Positions 19,375 to 30,993 of a stretch of DNA of 64,000 bases are shown here, piece by piece. The position numbers and the translations under genes are program-made. Positions within the stretch are counted from its first letter, which is position 1. Every line of letters starts with the position of its first letter. The notes beneath the pieces were generated by a model. It was not told the origin of the DNA. It was given only the letters and a program-made list of their open reading frames with translations, and made no database searches. Origin of the DNA: an uncultured delta proteobacterium (GTDB lineage: Bacteria; Myxococcota_A; Polyangia; Haliangiales; Haliangiaceae); contig CAWKDB010000010.1 in NCBI GenBank assembly GCA_963848295.1, positions 832,001 through 896,000 on the forward strand, read 5' to 3'.

Positions 19375-20530
19375 CCGTCTCGTTGTTGACCTTCGACACC
19401 ACGACGAACTCGCTGCCGCCTCCCGCGCCGTCTTTCACGCGCTTGATCGTCAAGTGGATCCGATCGCCGTCGTTGCCCGTCGTCTTGTCGAGCGTGAACG
19501 ACAGCTCGGCCGGCATCATCTGGACGACCACCGCGACGTCGTCGACGCCGACCGTCCAGTCATCGGTCGGGGCGTCGCTGAACAAGTCGAGATCGATCGT
19601 CGCCGAGCTGCCGTTCGAGATCTGAACGCCGCGGGTCGTCGCCGAGCCTCCTGGATAGGCGAGCTGGACGTCGCCGAGGTTCGGCGCCGCGGCGACGTAC
19701 GGTTGCGCGAGCACCGGCACGCACGGGTCGTGGCCGGCCGCGGCCGATGCGTTCGACCAGGTGCGCTGCACGACGTACGTGCCGATCAGCGGCTGAAACG
19801 CCGCCGCGACGTACTCGCACATGTCGCCGACCTCGCCGCCAGGCGTGAAGTCCCAGATCAGATCCTCGTCGTCGACGCCGGCCCAGCCCGGTGCGGTCCC
19901 CGGATGCGGATCGGTCGCCGCCTCGATCAGCTCGTGGCTGAGCGCCGGCGTGATCGCGTTGATCGGCACGCCGGTCGTCGGACAGCGCGGTAACAACGCG
20001 TAGACGATGCCGCTCTGGGTCGTCTCGCTGTGATATCCGCCAAACGTCTTGCAGCTGACGTCGGACCCGGCGGTCAGCGTCACGCCGGCCGGCAGGAACA
20101 CCACGTACACCGTGTTCGCGTCGGGCGCGGGCCAGCCGAGCTGACCGCGGGCATGCATCGACTCGGCTTCGAGCGGTCCGGCGTGCTCTTCGAGGAACGC
20201 CTGGAGCGCGTCGTCGGTCGTCGGCGGCGGATCGGGCGACACGATGCTCGGCAGCACGGTCGGATCGCCGACGCCATACTCGGCGCCGACCGCCTTCCAG
20301 TAATCCGAACCCGGGATCGCCCGCAGGAACGCTTCGAGCTGAGCCTGCATGTCGTCATCGCCGGTGAAAAAGATCGGCACGATCTCGGGCGCGGCAAGCA
20401 CCGGGCCGCCGTTCGATCCCATCTCGGGCGCACTCGGGTGCGTCGGTGTCCCGGGCGCGTCGGGAGCCGGCGTCGAATCACCGCACCCGGCGAGCGCGCA
20501 CGCGAACAGCGACAACATCCGGCGCGACAC
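19343..20530 (-). CDS. Lipoprotein with a Phi-1/EXORDIUM-like domain (tentative)
   Basis: Lipobox LAGC; NGGPVL, GGYHS, SHELIEAATDP, GEVGDMC motifs; start 20530 or 20518. Confidence 0.65.
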   Translation of the reverse strand: MSRRMLSLFACALAGCGDSTPAPDAPGTPTHPSAPEMGSNGGPVLAAPEIVPIFFTGDDDMQAQLEAFLRAIPGSDYWKAVGAEYGVGDPTVLPSIVSPDPPPTTDDALQAFLEEHAGPLEAESMHARGQLGWPAPDANTVYVVFLPAGVTLTAGSDVSCKTFGGYHSETTQSGIVYALLPRCPTTGVPINAITPALSHELIEAATDPHPGTAPGWAGVDDEDLIWDFTPGGEVGDMCEYVAAAFQPLIGTYVVQRTWSNASAAAGHDPCVPVLAQPYVAAAPNLGDVQLAYPGGSATTRGVQISNGSSATIDLDLFSDAPTDDWTVGVDDVAVVVQMMPAELSFTLDKTTGNDGDRIHLTIKRVKDGAGGGSEFVVVSKVNNETVTLWWGLVTN

Positions 20531-20587
20531 CCCGAGAGCATGCCACCGGGCCCTCGCCCGCGGTGTAGCGAATGACACGGCGGCGCG

Positions 20588-21325
20588 CTATTCGAGCGTC
20601 GCGCTCATCAGCATCGAGAACCCGCCCGTTATATCGCCGGTGTCGGTCCACGACACGTTCAGCGTCTGATCGGTCGCCGCGGCGTTGAAGACGATCGTGA
20701 ACTCGACGTGATACGGGTTCGCGCTGCCGAAGGTGTTGTTCGTGTAGTCCGGCGCAGAGCCATCGGACAGCGAGACGTGCATCGTGCTCGTCGAGCCGTG
20801 GCCACCGCAGTAGACGTGCAGGGTCTGCGCCGTCGTCCCGGCGGGTGCGGTGAACACGAGCGCATCCGGAAACTCGATGCCCGTACCGGTCGCGGTCTGG
20901 GACGCCGTCGCGTGCGGCGTGCCGCCGGTCCACGATGCCGAGACGGACACGCTCCCGATCTGGTACTGCACGAGGCCGGCGCTCGCGACGTCGCTGATCA
21001 GGTTCGCGTTCGCCTTGTGGTCGAAGCTGGTCGCGCTGGTGTAGGCCCAGTGCGCCCAGTCGGCCGTGCCCTCGCCGCTGAGGTCGAGATCCCCGTCGGG
21101 CACGAGCGTCGCGGTCACCGCGAGCGAGCCGACGACCGGCGCCGCATCCTCGTAGATCTTCGCGTCTTCGTACGGCTTCGCGTCGAGGAACAGCTTCGCG
21201 TCGTCGCCGCTGCCGTGCGTGCTGCCGTCGATCGCTTGCGATCCAGCCGGCGCCGTGAACGAGCAGGCGCCCAGCAACGCGATCACGACGAGCTCGCGCA
21301 TCACCAACGGTAACATGCGAGCCAT
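20588..21325 (-). CDS. Hypothetical Thr-rich beta-type lipoprotein
   Basis: LVVIALLGAC lipobox; Ser/Thr/Gly-rich mature region. Confidence 0.7.
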   Translation of the reverse strand: MARMLPLVMRELVVIALLGACSFTAPAGSQAIDGSTHGSGDDAKLFLDAKPYEDAKIYEDAAPVVGSLAVTATLVPDGDLDLSGEGTADWAHWAYTSATSFDHKANANLISDVASAGLVQYQIGSVSVSASWTGGTPHATASQTATGTGIEFPDALVFTAPAGTTAQTLHVYCGGHGSTSTMHVSLSDGSAPDYTNNTFGSANPYHVEFTIVFNAAATDQTLNVSWTDTGDITGGFSMLMSATLE

Positions 21326-21403
21326 GGTCGCCAGGGTTCAAAGATCGGCGCGCGGAGTAGATCACGTTCGGCGACACGGAACTACAGGACCTAGAACCGC
21401 GAG

Positions 21404-23683
21404 TCAGTTCAGGGAGTCGTCAGAGGCCGTCAAGAACTTCGCGATCACGGTCTTGCGGCCGGCGGCTGGGAAATCGACGATCACCTTGGTGTCCTTGCCT
21501 TCGCCGGTCGTCGCGATCACGCGGCCGACGCCGAGCTGCGGGTGGCTGACCTGGTCGCCGCTGCGAAACGCCGCGCGCGACGGCACATCGCCGCCGACGC
21601 GAAACACCGGCTCTTCGTCGTCAGGTCGGCGCTGATCGAGCTCGTCGCGCCCCGAGGCGCGCGGCGAGCGCCGCCGGCCCGCCCAGTCGCCGTCGATGAT
21701 GACCGGACCGCGCGGCCCGATCGTCTTCGGTCGCGCCGGCTCCGCGAGCACGCCCGGCGGCAAGTCGTCGAGGAACCGCGACGGCCCTTGCAGCCGGATC
21801 TCGCCCCACACCCGCCGCGTTCGCGCGTGGCTGATCACGAGCTTCTCCCGCGCGCGCGTGATCGCGACGTACGCGAGCCGGCGCTCTTCTTCGAGCTGGC
21901 TGTCTTCGCTCTGCCCTTCGCCCCCCCGGCCGCTCGCGGCCGGGTTATTGATCGACCTCAGTGACGGGAACAGGCCGTCTTCGACGCCGGTGATGAACAC
22001 GACCGGCCACTCGAGGCCTTTCGCGATGTGGATCGTCATCAGCACGACCGACTCGGCCGGCACCGCTTGGTCGGCCGGCGCCGACAACGCGATCCGCTCG
22101 AGAAAACCATCGATCGACTGCGGCTGATCGCTCTCGTCGTCGAAATCCGACGCGAGCGTGACGAGCTCGGCGAGGTTATCGAGCCGATCGCGCGACTCCG
22201 AGCTGTCGTCGGCCTCGAGCTTCGCGCGCAAGCCGCTGCGATCGACGACCTGGATGATCGTCTCGGCGACCGAGGCGCCTTGCGCGATGACGTCGGCCAA
22301 GCCGTCGATCAGCTCGACGAACGCCTTGAGCTTCTTGCGCGGCCCCGGCCCGAGCCCCGCGACGTCGCCGCGCGCGGCGAGCCGGGTCGCCTCGAGCAAG
22401 CTGCCGGTGCCGGCGCGTGACGCGGCACGTAGCCGATCGACCGTCGTGTCGCCGATGCCTCGGGCCGGGACATTGACGACGCGCTCGAGCGCGGAGTCGG
22501 CCGCCGGGTTGCCGAGCAAACGCAGGTACGCGACGACGTCTTTGACCTCCTTGCGCTCGAAGAACGACTGCGCGCCGACGACCTTCGCCGGGATCCGAGC
22601 TGCCCGCAGGTGCTCCTCCAGTACCCGCGATTGTGCGTTCGTGCGGTACAGGATCGCGAAGTCCTTCGGCGAGTACGGCCCTTCGTCGATCGCACGGCGG
22701 ATCGATTGCGCGACGAAGTATGCCTCGCCGCGCTCGTCGCCGGCCTGATAGACCTCGATCGGCTCGCCCCCGGTCTCCTCGGTCCACAGCGCCTTGACGT
22801 GGCGATCGCGATTATGGCGAATGATCCCGTTCGCGGCGTCGAGGATCATCTGGGTCGAGCGGTAGTTCTGCTCGAGCTTGACGACCTGCGCATCGGGAAA
22901 GTCGCGATCGAAGTCGAGCAGGTTGCGCGGCTCGGCCCCGCGCCAGCCGTAGATCGATTGATCGTCGTCGCCGACGACCGTGAGGTTGCGCGTCGCATCG
23001 GCGAGCTGGCGCACCAGGTTGTACTGGACCGGGTTCGTGTCCTGGAACTCGTCGACCAGCACGTGGCGGAACCGGACGCGCAGCTGTCTCGCCGCGTCCT
23101 CGTTCTCGAACAAGGCCAACGTCTTCAACAACAGATCGTTGAAGTCGACCGCGTTCTCCTTCGCGAGCTGGGCCTGGTACATCGGATAGATGCGCTCGAC
23201 CACATCATCGAATGCACCGGTCTTGACGGTGCGCGGGTCGACGCCCTTGTTCTTCGCGCGATCGAAGCGTGACAGCACGGTGCGCGCCGAGATCTGGTCG
23301 TCGAGCCCGGTCTCCTTGAGCATGCGCTCGACCATCTTCATCTGGTCGTCGTCGTCGAAGATCACGAAGCTCTTGGTCAGCCCGACCGCCTCGCCGTGGC
23401 GCCGCAACAGGCGCGCGCAGGTCGAGTGGAACGTGCCGACCCACATCGAGTCGGCCGCGCCACCGAGCTCGTTGCGCAGCCGAGCCTTCATCTCGCCCGC
23501 CGCCTTGTTCGTGAACGTCACCGCGAGGATCGACCACGGCTCGGCGCCGGTCTCGACCAGCCGCACGATGCGTTGGACCAACACGCGAGTCTTGCCGGTA
23601 CCGGCACCCGCGAGCACGAGCAGCGGGCCATCGCCGTGCTCGACGGCGGCTCGCTGCTCGGGATTTAGCCCGATGCGCTCCAC
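21404..23683 (-). CDS. uvrD: ATP-dependent DNA helicase UvrD/PcrA
   Basis: LNPEQ, AGAGTGKT, VDEFQD, GDDDQSIYGWRGA, LEQNYRST, EEERRLAYVAITRA, C-terminal Tudor-like tail. Confidence 0.96.
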   Translation of the reverse strand: MERIGLNPEQRAAVEHGDGPLLVLAGAGTGKTRVLVQRIVRLVETGAEPWSILAVTFTNKAAGEMKARLRNELGGAADSMWVGTFHSTCARLLRRHGEAVGLTKSFVIFDDDDQMKMVERMLKETGLDDQISARTVLSRFDRAKNKGVDPRTVKTGAFDDVVERIYPMYQAQLAKENAVDFNDLLLKTLALFENEDAARQLRVRFRHVLVDEFQDTNPVQYNLVRQLADATRNLTVVGDDDQSIYGWRGAEPRNLLDFDRDFPDAQVVKLEQNYRSTQMILDAANGIIRHNRDRHVKALWTEETGGEPIEVYQAGDERGEAYFVAQSIRRAIDEGPYSPKDFAILYRTNAQSRVLEEHLRAARIPAKVVGAQSFFERKEVKDVVAYLRLLGNPAADSALERVVNVPARGIGDTTVDRLRAASRAGTGSLLEATRLAARGDVAGLGPGPRKKLKAFVELIDGLADVIAQGASVAETIIQVVDRSGLRAKLEADDSSESRDRLDNLAELVTLASDFDDESDQPQSIDGFLERIALSAPADQAVPAESVVLMTIHIAKGLEWPVVFITGVEDGLFPSLRSINNPAASGRGGEGQSEDSQLEEERRLAYVAITRAREKLVISHARTRRVWGEIRLQGPSRFLDDLPPGVLAEPARPKTIGPRGPVIIDGDWAGRRRSPRASGRDELDQRRPDDEEPVFRVGGDVPSRAAFRSGDQVSHPQLGVGRVIATTGEGKDTKVIVDFPAAGRKTVIAKFLTASDDSLN

Positions 23684-23787
23684 CCCGACGGCTTACCACG
23701 CCGGGCTGACAAGGACGTGAGCCCGTGAGCCAGCGTAGATCGTGTACGAGTACGTGCACGTGACACGTGGCGCGTGCACGACGAATT

Positions 23788-26700
23788 TTAGAACGTCAGA
23801 CGGACGCCGAGGCGGGCGCTGAGCGGCGAGTACAGAGCGGTCGGGTTGTGGAAGTTCGGATTGCGACCGATCGGCGTGCCGTTCTCGACGCCGGTCGTGT
23901 CGACCGTCTTCAACCAGATCAGATCGGAGTACGTGCCGCCGGCGATCGGGTTCGCGTTCTGCTGCACGCCCGGCATGCCGGCAGCCGACAGCTTGTAGTA
24001 GGGTGCGTAGTTGTTATCGACGTCCGCCGTGCCCTGGTCGTTGTAGACGTTGTAGATGTCCGCGAACACCTCGAGCCTCATGTTCTTCCGCAGCTTGCGT
24101 CCGTAGCCGACGTGGACGTCGAGGCCGTGGTCGAAGTCGCTGCGACCGAGCTCGCCGCGCGGCAACAGGAACGACTCGTTCGGGCCGTACAGCCAGTGAC
24201 CGGCGAGCGCATTCTCCGGGATACCCGACAGCGCGCGGAACCGGACGCCGACCGTGAGGTCGCCGTACTGCTTGAGGTCGAACGTGTAGTAACCGTCGAT
24301 CTTGATGTAGTGAGGGCGATCGGTCGGCAGCGGGCCGGCGTGGTTCGCGAGCAGCTCGATCAAGTCGAACTGCGACGAGATGTTCGGATCGAGCTGGCCG
24401 TTGTCGTACGACACGAGGCCGGGGTAGTTGCCCTCGGTCCGCGAGTACGTGTAGCTCGCCTGTAGATAAAGCTTCTTCGAGAACCGGCGGGTCAGCGTGA
24501 ACTGCAGCGCGTTGTACACCCGGGTCGGGTGATCGAAGATGTTGATACCGTTGAACAGCTGGAGCTGGTGGGTGAGCCGGGCCTTTTCGGCCGGGTCATC
24601 CGTCATGTTGATCCGCTGCTGGAACGCGGCGGCCTCGGACTGCGAGAACTCGCCCGGGTTCGAGATGATGTACGTGTTCGCGCCGTCGGTCGACACGTCC
24701 TCGATCACGCGACCGAGCGTGCGGTTCTGGTACGACACGCCGAGCTTGAGGTCGTCGATGACCTCGTACTCGAAGCCGGCGACGATCTCGTCCATGTACT
24801 GCGCCTTGATGCCCGGGGCGACGAGATCACCGCTCGCGCCGACCAGCGCTGCTTCAGTCCGCCGCCCACCGGGGCTCCGGTCTGGGTCGTCGGAGTGATG
24901 CACGAGTTGCCGTTGACGCCGCCGATCTTCGGATCGACAGCCGGCGCCATGCCCATGTTCGTGCAGGTCGACGCGGTGTACAGCTGCTCGTACTCGACTT
25001 CGCCGCCGAACGAGCGGTCGTTGATGTCGAGCGGAATCGACTCGTAGAACCGACCCCAGTTCGCGTAGATCTTCGAGCGACCTTCCTTCGTCCAGTCGTA
25101 GAGCAGGCCGATGCGCGGCGCGTAGTTGCCGGTCAGCGTCATCGCGTCCTTGCCCAGCAGATTTCCGGTCAGCGGATCGACCGTGCCCTGCAGGAAGCTC
25201 GCGTAGCGCAGCCGCTGCTCTTCGTAGCGCAGGCCGGCGTTGAGCGTCAGGTTCGGCTGGATCTGCCACGAATCGCGGAGGTAAGCGGCCCAGTTGAACG
25301 TCTCGCCTTGGATCTGGGTCGCCCGCGAGCCCGGCGTGCCGCCGAGGTACGCGCAGTCGAAGTGCTGGGTCTTGTCCTTGGCGTTCGTCGGGTTCGGGTT
25401 CGCGGTGTTGCACTGCTGGTTGAAGAAGCCGGGGTCGGTGTTGGTCGGCGAGCTACCCTGAACGCCGTTGATCTCCTGGCCGGCGAGCTGCGCGTAGCGG
25501 ATCGTGTCGATGACGTTCGCGCCGATGTCGTTGAACTCGATCGCGGCGCCGCCGGACAGCAAGCGCGCCTTGTTCGTCGTGTTGTCCTCGGCGTCGATGC
25601 CGGCCTTGATCTCGTGGCTGCCTGCCGCCTTGACGCGCTCGGTGATCTGAGCGCCGCGCTCTTGCGCTCCTCGGTGTCGCGCTGGAGGCGCGCCCGGGAC
25701 CGCCGATGGAGTACGCTGGCCGCCGTCATCGGGCAGTTCGTGATGTACGGATAGACGTCGTTCGAGCCGGGCGGGCCGTCGGTGCAGCCCTTCGCCACGT
25801 TGATGTTGCTCGGCTCGTAGCCCGCCGACCATAACCCGAGGCTGCCGTCGGTCAGGACCTGCGCCGGCTGCTGCTCGAGCGCGGGATCGAGCGCGTCGCC
25901 CGTGGTGTACTCGTGGTGCCAACCGACGATCGCCTCGACCTCGGTCTTGTTGTCGTTGAACTTCGAGGTCCACTTGCCGGACAGGTCGATGACCGTGTCG
26001 GTCGTCTTGTAGCCGTTGTCGGCGGGGCCGAAGATCGCCGGGCGTGGCTCGACGCACTCGGCATGCGCCTGGAACGAGATCTGGCCCTGGTGCTCCGGGG
26101 TCGCCGCGTAGTTGAGCTTGCCGAGGATGTTGTAGGTGTGCGCGGTCGGGCTGCGCATCTGGCTGTCGACCGTGTCGGTGATGTAGAAGCCGGTCTTCGG
26201 ATCGACGTCGGCGACGCCATCGGCGATAGCCGCCTTGGGCGACGAGCTTCGGGTTACACACGGTCTGCGTACCGTCGGACTTCGTCATCCGGCAGTCGGT
26301 CTGACTCTTGACCGTGCGCGTGATGTCGTTCTGCACGAACGTCGGGTCGAAGCCGATGAAGAACCACAGCTTGTCCTTGATGATCGGACCGCCGAGCTCG
26401 AATCCGAAGTCGCCGTTGTAGTTGACGTTGTTGACCGCGTCGATCGACGGACGCGTTGACCGGCGCGAGGTGCTGCGCGGCGGTCAAGAACCCGGGCTGG
26501 TAGTAGCCCCACACCGAGCCCTTGAACTCGTTCGAGCCGGTCTTCGTGACGACGTTGACGACGCCGCCGGTCGCGCGACCGTACTCGGCGTTGTAGCCAC
26601 CGGTGATGACCTCGATCTCTTCGATGAAGTCGTTGACGACCGGGGAGCCGACCGTGCCGAGCGTCAGGCCCGTCGTGTTGACGCCGTCGACGATGTACTG

Positions 26701-27292
26701 GTTCTCGAGCGACGAGCTGCCGGAGAACGACACGCCGACGCCGTCGCTCTGCGAACCGGCGGCGGCACCGAGCGCCGCGTCGAACGTGCGGCCCGGGACC
26801 GGGATGTTCTGGAGATACTGCTTGTCGAGCGTGATGCCCTGATTCGTGCTCGTCGGTGTCGACGAGCGGGGCCTTCGCGCTGACGTGAATCGTCTCGCCC
26901 TTGTTCGAGACCGCCGCGAGATCGAACTTCTGATAGACGTTCGACGCCTTGTTGACGCCGACGTGGACGCCGCTCTGCTCGACCTTGAAGTCCAGGTAGA
27001 AGAACGTGACCAGGTAGTCGCCGGGGGGCAGCTCGTTGACGATGTAGAAGCCATCGCTGTCGGTCAACGTGCTCTGCGTCTGCGACAGCGCAGGCGACGT
27101 GACGAGCACGGTGACGGCGGCGAGCTTCTCGCCCGTGGCCTTGTCGGTGACGACGCCGCGGATCGCGCCGGTCGTGCTCGACTGTGCGCGTGCGGTGCTC
27201 GGCTGGACGACGGAGAAGCCGACGAGGCTGGTGAAGCCCAACGCGGCCGCGACCAATAGCTTGTGTGCGTTCATTGCCATCGCTCCGTTCAC
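23788..27292 (-). CDS. Oar-like TonB-dependent receptor with N-terminal carboxypeptidase-regulatory-like domain (several frameshifts in this sequence)
   Basis: Signal peptide, TTGAIRGVVTD, ENQYIVDG, TGGYNAEYGRATGGVVNVVTKTGSNEF, GGPIIKDKLWFF, terminal RLGVRLTF; frame switches near 26855, 26450, 26225, 25715-25650 and 24850. Confidence 0.88.
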
Positions 27293-28531
27293 GGTCCCGT
27301 CATGAAGTCGAGGGTGACCGCTTGCGACAGCGGCTGGTCATAGGCGTCGGTGACCGTGACCGGGATGGTCAGCGTGTAGGACGTGTTCGCGGCCAGACCC
27401 CCGACGTCGGTCGGCAGGATCTTGATCTGGGTGCCGACCGGCTGTGCGCTGCCGTCGATCATGGTCATCAGCCCGGCCGGCGGCGTGAGCGTGATGTTCG
27501 CGAGGCTCGCTGCCGACGACCGGCGCGTTGAAGTCGATAACGAGCACGTTGGTGCGACGTGACTCCGACGTCGCCTTCCTGCGGCGTCGAGTTGGTCTCG
27601 ACGAGCGGCGCGACGCCGAACGTGAACTCGCTGACATCGCCGGGCGTGCACGTCTGCGGACAGTCGAACAGGTTGCCGACGCAAGTCGATCGGGCGACCG
27701 CCATCGGTGCCGGTGCCGGTGCCGGGCGTGCAGACCTGGAGGTGATCGTTCTTGTCGATGACCGACGGGTCGAACGTCAGGTGACACGTCGTGCTCGTCG
27801 GCATCGCGCCGGACGGGACGAGCACGATCGCCGGGCCGAGCTCGTCGAAGCCATTCTCGACGCCGCCGGTGACCGCGGGCACTTGCTGGTCGCCGGACGG
27901 CTGCCAGTAGCTATTGTCGTCATCGATCGGGACGTCGACGTCGCCGCCGGCACCGGTGCAAGTGATGCCGACCGCGCCTGGGGTGAAGCGTTGGGTATCC
28001 GCCGCGCCGTCTTGGTTGACGTCGAGCACGCCGACCGGTTGGCCCATCGCGATGCCGTTGCAGCCGGCCGCGTTGTGGCAGATGCACACCGCATTCGGGC
28101 CGGTGCAGGTCTGCGGCAGCAGGTCGTCGCGCCTCGCTGCACTTCGCGATGTCGTCGGGCGTCGCCCCGAGCGGGACGTTGTCGAAGACGTCGGTACCGA
28201 CCACGCCGCGGCACTCGATCTGCTCGAGGTAGTTGCCGAGCAACAGCTCGCTCATGATGATGCGAATCGGGCCGATCGCTTTCGGGTCCGCGGTGGTTAC
28301 CGCGTGCTCGTCGTCGCTGCCTTCCGACTGCGGGTGCGAGCCGAATGCGAACACGCGGCGCGGCGCCTGCGCGGCTCCGGTCGCGTCGGTCCAGTCCTCG
28401 AACATGCGGACCTGCTCGATCTTCGGCGGCCCTGCGGGATCCAGATCAGTGGCGCTCGTGGGGTCGAAACAGGCCGAGCCGGCGATCATGTAGATCGCTG
28501 CGAACACGAAGCTTAGTCGAGTCGAACCCAT
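27289..28531 (-). CDS. Cys-rich lipoprotein with C-terminal Ig-like domain (frameshifted in this sequence)
   Basis: MGSTRLSFVFAAIYMIAGSAC signal; coding frame switches near 28135, 27690, 27560 and 27515; GTGA overlap with the receptor ORF. Confidence 0.65.
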
Positions 28532-28582
28532 GACGATTTTGCCCCTTGTGAGACAGCTGCTAGATGGCCGTAGAGCCGCCCG

Positions 28583-28612
28583 CTTGTAACGAGAGAACGT
28601 GAAAGCTGTCAA
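28583..28612 (-). promoter_or_regulatory. Sigma70-like promoter for the lipoprotein-receptor pair
   Basis: TTGACA-17 nt-TTACAAG on the minus strand about 50 nt upstream of the ATG at 28531. Confidence 0.55.
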
Positions 28613-28713
28613 GGTGTTCCCCGCCTTGTATCAGCTCCAGCCGGGGCGCAGAACTCACGCTGCGTGACAGCGCATCGGCCCAGGTCGCATCGGGTGTCGC
28701 AGGCAGCGCGGGG

Positions 28714-29199
28714 TCATCGGGGCAGCCTGCCGCTGGCGTGTGGATTCGCGTCCTCGTCCCGGATCTTCAGCGCGACTTTGATCTCGTCGTGCTCGGCATC
28801 GTTCGCGAGCGAACGAATCGAGTCCATCGTCTGGACTACCAGCCGCCACGGCACCGGGTCCTCGAAGTCGACGAATACGACCTTGTCGGTGCCGTGCATC
28901 GCGTCGAGCTTGGGACGGAGTGTTCGCGCGACCTCGGTCGGCTCGATCGCCAGCGGGGTCCCACCCAGGCCGTCGTCGAAGTCGATCGTCAGGTCGCTCC
29001 GGACGGTGAGCGAGATCTGCGGCCCAGGCACCCCAGTCGGGTCGACCTTCGGCGGGATCACCATCGGCTCGACCCGAAGCACGTTCGGCATCACGACGAG
29101 AAAGATGATGAGCAGCACGAGCATGACGTCGATCAGCGGCGTCACGTTGATGTCTCGCTGGATGCCGCGCTCGCCAGCCGAATGGATCGAGAGGCTCAT
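28714..29199 (-). CDS. exbD: ExbD/TolR family protein (copy 3)
   Basis: INVTPLIDVMLVLLIIF with the conserved TM Asp. Confidence 0.92.
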   Translation of the reverse strand: MSLSIHSAGERGIQRDINVTPLIDVMLVLLIIFLVVMPNVLRVEPMVIPPKVDPTGVPGPQISLTVRSDLTIDFDDGLGGTPLAIEPTEVARTLRPKLDAMHGTDKVVFVDFEDPVPWRLVVQTMDSIRSLANDAEHDEIKVALKIRDEDANPHASGRLPR

Positions 29200-29300
29200 C
29201 CCCGGTCGTATCAGCGGCGATCCGCCCTGGCTACGCCCGGCACGTCACGCCTGGTGACGCGCCGAGCCCGCGGTTCGCTGTCGCTGTCGCAGCTCGGAGA

Positions 29301-29777
29301 CTAAGGCGCCGCCGCGGCGGGGGTCTTCGGCTCGCGAATCTTGAGCGCGACCTTGACATCATCGTGGTCACCGTCGGTCGCGATCCCGCGGATCGTGTCC
29401 ATCGTGGACACCACGAGGTTCCAAGGCACGGCATCGTCGAAGTCGACGAACACGACCTTGTCGGTGCCGTGCATCGCGGCGAGCTTCGGCTCGATCTTGC
29501 CGCGGATGTCGTTGACCTGGATCGTCACGGGGTCGGCCGTCCCGTCGGTGTACGTGTACGTCAGGTCCTTGGTGATCGTGATCGTCAGCGTGCTCGCGTT
29601 CGGATCCGGCATCTCCTGCGTCTGATCGAGCTTGCGCGGGACGGTCAGCGCCTCCGCCTTCAAGATGATCGGCATCACGACGAGGAAGATGATCAGCAGC
29701 ACGAGCAAGACGTCGATCAACGGCGTGACGTTGATCTCGCTCTGGACGCTGCCGGGCTTGCCGCCCCCTGTTGACAT
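29301..29777 (-). CDS. exbD: ExbD/TolR family protein (copy 2)
   Basis: EINVTPLIDVLLVLLIIF. Confidence 0.92.
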   Translation of the reverse strand: MSTGGGKPGSVQSEINVTPLIDVLLVLLIIFLVVMPIILKAEALTVPRKLDQTQEMPDPNASTLTITITKDLTYTYTDGTADPVTIQVNDIRGKIEPKLAAMHGTDKVVFVDFDDAVPWNLVVSTMDTIRGIATDGDHDDVKVALKIREPKTPAAAAP

Positions 29778-29785
29778 CCCCACGG

Positions 29786-30277
<492 letters not shown>

Positions 30278-30281
30278 CAGC

Positions 30282-30968
30282 TTAGCCTCGGCCCTCGCGC
30301 AGCACGTAGTCGATGAACTCGCTCGAGACGTCGTTCATGTCGATCACGAACTGCTCGACGCGCGACGTGAAGTAGTTGAACGACATCGCGCCGATGATCG
30401 CGATCGCGAGGCCGAGTGCGGTCGACACGAGCGCCTCGGAGATCTTCGGGCCGATGTCCTGGATGCTCACGCTGCCGCCCTTGAGCAGCTGGAACGTGCC
30501 GAGGATCCCGACGACCGTGCCGAGCAGGCCGATGAACGGCGTCGCCGAGGCGACCGTGCCGAGGTACGCCAGGCCGCGGCGCAGGTTCGAGGTCTCGCGC
30601 TCCTTGACGCGCTCGAGCGCGCGGTTGACCGAGTCGACCAGGTCGAAGTCACCGACGTCGTCCGGGCCCTCGGTCTTCAACGCCTCGCGGCCTTGTTGCA
30701 GCGCGGCGAGGCCGGACTCCATGACCTTCGCGACCGGGCTCTTGGCCGACTCCTTCGCGCTGTTCAAGGCCTCGGCGACCTTGTGCTGGCGCAGGAACTC
30801 GCCGAGCGCCTGGACGTAGCGAATGCTCTGCTCGCTCGCCGCCCGGAACGTCAGCAGGCGCTCCGTGATCACGTAGAACATGAACACGGACATCAGCAGC
30901 ATCATCACCGTGATGATCTGAACGATGATGCTGGCGTCCTTGAAGATCTGTACTAGGTCGAGTCCCAT
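30282..30968 (-). CDS. exbB: MotA/TolQ/ExbB proton channel
   Basis: LGTVASATPFIGLLGTVVGI, ISEALVSTALGL. Confidence 0.95.
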   Translation of the reverse strand: MGLDLVQIFKDASIIVQIITVMMLLMSVFMFYVITERLLTFRAASEQSIRYVQALGEFLRQHKVAEALNSAKESAKSPVAKVMESGLAALQQGREALKTEGPDDVGDFDLVDSVNRALERVKERETSNLRRGLAYLGTVASATPFIGLLGTVVGILGTFQLLKGGSVSIQDIGPKISEALVSTALGLAIAIIGAMSFNYFTSRVEQFVIDMNDVSSEFIDYVLREGRG

Positions 30969-30993
30969 GGCACGTTCCTGTGGCTGAGTGTTC

